Shown here: in pieces, positions 62,901 through 64,000 of the stretch
How the letters are laid out: the number at the start of each line of letters is the position of its first letter
Position numbering within the stretch: position 1 is the first letter of the stretch
Origin: Euryarchaeota archaeon UBA88
Lineage (GTDB): Archaea; Thermoplasmatota; Poseidoniia; Poseidoniales; Poseidoniaceae
Direction: 5' to 3'
NCBI GenBank assembly: GCA_002499545.1
Contig: DAME01000003.1
Span: 77,089 to 141,088 of the forward strand
DNA: 64,000 nucleotides
Notes under the pieces: generated by a model
What the model was told of the DNA's origin: nothing
Databases searched by the model: none
What the model saw: the letters and a program-made list of their open reading frames with translations, nothing else
Translations under genes and position numbers: made by a program

Positions 62901-64000
62901 CATGGCCGTCATAGTGGCTTGGTAGAGGGTATATTTGCGTCAAAGATGCAACGGATTGGCCGTTGCCTGAATACGCCGAGCAATCACGGTAGATATCTCG
63001 ATGGAGTGACGTGATTTCATGGTCGAGTAAGGCCTTACTCCACACTTGGACTTTGTCAATCATGCCTTCGAAATACGTACTTCCTGCACGGTTCACGCCC
63101 AGTTTATACAATTCGAAATTATTCAGTGAGCCTGTGGGAATGGTGCTGGTACGAACCAAGACGCCATCCAAATATTGCCGGGCTGTGCCGTTTTCAAATA
63201 CCGTCACAAGGTGCGTCCAACGCTGTGCTTCGATATCACCGAACACGCGAGTTTGGTTGGTATGCATTCGCCACTGTCCGTCATAAACCGTATGTTGGAA
63301 CGAACCGTTCGACCCAGCGCTGTTATCCACTGCAAAGGTCGAAGCATAATTTGGCAGTGTTGTTGAATTGGCCCACACCCACTGACTGAGAGTAAAATCT
63401 CCTACCCAGTCATCAACATCGACTTCTACAAAATCATTCACGCCATCAAACCACAAGCATGAACCGTCAGCGCAGTCTCTCCAATTTGTGGAGTTCATGT
63501 TGTTCAACGTAAGATTCGTTGTAGCGTTCACCGAATCGTTGGCGACCAGCCCTGAGCCCTCTTCAAAGTCCCACTGATGAAGCAGCGAGGAAGCGGAAGG
63601 AACGTATGCCCCTGCGAGGGTGAAAGCAGATGCGGGAATGAATGATTTCGATTGATTTGGACCTTCCCACGAGAGTTGAAGACCGTGAGGTCCGCCCCCT
63701 TGAAAAAACTCAATTTTGAAATCGTGCAATCCAACATCCATCGTTTTGTAATTTGAAATCTCCCTCATTCCATGAGAGCCGTAGTTTTGAATCAAACTTT
63801 GACCATCCATCCACAATTCAGAACCATCATCTGTAGTGAGATAAAATGTCCAGTTACCCGTTTCAGGTATGGTGAGAAGGCCACTGAAGCGAGCACCCCA
63901 GTCGTTCTTGAAGCGATTATCTAGACCTGGATAGGCTTGCGATGAGGAACCGTATTGCAGGTTGCTTTCAACGCGGACGTGGTCGGGGACTCGGTCGATG
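59938..64000 (-). CDS. Giant type I cell-surface protein with PA14 and LamG domains (N-terminus beyond window edge; >=1,353 aa)
   Basis: The frame stays open upstream of the track start (TTG 63816) to position 64000. Many N-x-S/T sequons. C-terminal TM (MLYGTVLFILLSLLTGGVLI) plus a cytoplasmic tail containing IPQGWTAEQYQAWLEGEMPEGWTLLQWVE. Confidence 0.85.
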   Translation of the reverse strand, partial: IDRVPDHVRVESNLQYGSSSQAYPGLDNRFKNDWGARFSGLLTIPETGNWTFYLTTDDGSELWMDGQSLIQNYGSHGMREISNYKTMDVGLHDFKIEFFQGGGPHGLQLSWEGPNQSKSFIPASAFTLAGAYVPSASSLLHQWDFEEGSGLVANDSVNATTNLTLNNMNSTNWRDCADGSCLWFDGVNDFVEVDVDDWVGDFTLSQWVWANSTTLPNYASTFAVDNSAGSNGSFQHTVYDGQWRMHTNQTRVFGDIEAQRWTHLVTVFENGTARQYLDGVLVRTSTIPTGSLNNFELYKLGVNRAGSTYFEGMIDKVQVWSKALLDHEITSLHRDIYRDCSAYSGNGQSVASLTQIYPLPSHYDGHAWLIDAFGMRTGDVYGDFTLEVESLDASGVVLSRNISSSQMFETSWESTTLRFRPHESATHLRIQIPLDVVATSTDGSVFIDSLRLYPLRPHNQWLNGSIAETAVSTGARSFEFGTSYGQSLVADLLEDGVSGVKGYVYEPYLQAVGSPSTLMSMYATGFNLAESHAAANLQSGWMGVTIGDPKMAPYANRFHDISLLDIRQLNNASYLQPSHLQIAIENRGMAASNGSILIQDVQGNIEMYSGNLTLPSGDVNGSRTLFNLTIVPQRTGWMDLRIRYTNATDDSFERELSNNLLTMRVWVNSPPVVNEVYCDSSLYSRGDNFICTVLASDDINVTAVGIEWAVVEDASNLSDVNWNAEMTGQVDASRWQASLTLPANLSLGTLVIRASAYDQSQQVGVLVNPNVATVVDALAQWFGPHISGVDSPSWSGVSQLQYSPLGGVVRGQLLNWTICALDADFNIVSQQPLLSATKGSVSNSTYQTQSDISHHCFTGTYLLDVGERLDAIGFEVRDSDGLLLSSRSILVTDLPPQASIHIENSNGTVLDSVRGGGGEFISIAITDADDPLSGVSGDVRIQWPGSEVLTLPVDAVDTSQPIVIELEGVESPLEAGNLVIDLDITGQNGAQLSTTYALPFLLTTPEIHGSAMCGQDGPVDSLRFGSTAYLLVFVNSDRPVQTLQASMNQLGWSVSAPLLQDDTDLPSVQSCGIDLAPHADESDIHWFRLRLDGTFIDGEGQIRFNVRDIDGLSKSLTLETAFFHAIPNVNLTQPTNATAGEFLLINGSVRDADGLNDLTCKSIISYNGTLLAELSLPIESINSTAGMLSLQFPTSGAQSLHVLNVEMTCSDQWLQSDSASINVTLLPAAECIDCQIDDTSRITPSSSNNSMLYGTVLFILLSLLTGGVLIRRRNVPDTSIDWSMDLASPMEQPEISSGQTLQIPQGWTAEQYQAWLEGEMPEGWTLLQWVEFSDEQLELLHEHPSEERRLDVP
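63013..63585 (-). other. LamG / concanavalin-A-like (Laminin_G_3) domain
   Basis: LWFDGVNDFVEVDV...FTLSQWVWAN...RWTHLVTVFENGTARQYLDGVLV...YFEGMIDKVQVWSKALLDHEI follows the Laminin_G_3 pattern. Confidence 0.75.
63619..64000 (-). other. PA14-like domain of the partial surface protein
   Basis: ...WGARFSGLLTIPETGNWTFYLTTDDGSELWMDGQSLIQNYG...GLHDFKIEFFQGGGPHGLQLSWEGP follows the PA14 pattern. Confidence 0.7.

Noticed and set aside
1-64000. Scan for rRNA, tRNA, CRISPR arrays, transposases, integrases and prophage or defence-island signatures.
   Set aside because: Intergenic regions are all under 300 nt, and none forms a cloverleaf or a repeat-spacer array. No ORF shows DDE, tyrosine- or serine-recombinase, nuclease-helicase or toxin-antitoxin-like motifs that I could recognise.

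Overview
All homology calls below come from motif recognition by eye; no searches were run. The window reads as a chromosomal segment of an uncultivated archaeon, by inference a marine Thermoplasmatota / Marine Group II-III-like euryarchaeon. Archaeal hallmarks are a group II chaperonin (thermosome), an MC1 chromatin protein, a TBP-fold protein and pyrBI, and GGTG/GGAGG-type Shine-Dalgarno sites with ATGA translational coupling recur across the window. These sit among bacterial-looking genes: dnaK, a bacterial-type thrS, an mvaS-type HMG-CoA synthase, sdhCAB, a CysJ-like diflavin reductase and crtI. I support about 45 CDS and found no rRNA, tRNA, CRISPR array, transposase or integrase. The main finding is a tightly coupled minus-strand operon (24608-34983). 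It encodes a FabI-type enoyl reductase, a ~2,940-aa megasynthase with domain order KS-AT-KS-ACPx3-KR-DH, and an Sfp-type phosphopantetheinyl transferase. Together these form a complete ACP-dependent acyl-chain elongation machine in an archaeal context. All three carrier domains carry Thr where the phosphopantetheine-accepting Ser is expected. Other points are listed here.
- An ORF of at least 742 aa is missing from the ORF track (1-2228, minus strand). It encodes a Roadblock/LC7 plus coiled-coil protein and follows a small Roadblock gene.
- Two giant surface proteins share a Trp-rich cytoplasmic tail motif.
- A Frag1/DRAM-like membrane protein sits in a small overlapping operon.
- An sHSP-like gene occupies the position where grpE would be expected upstream of dnaK.
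- Three GC-stem hairpins lie upstream of minus-strand genes.
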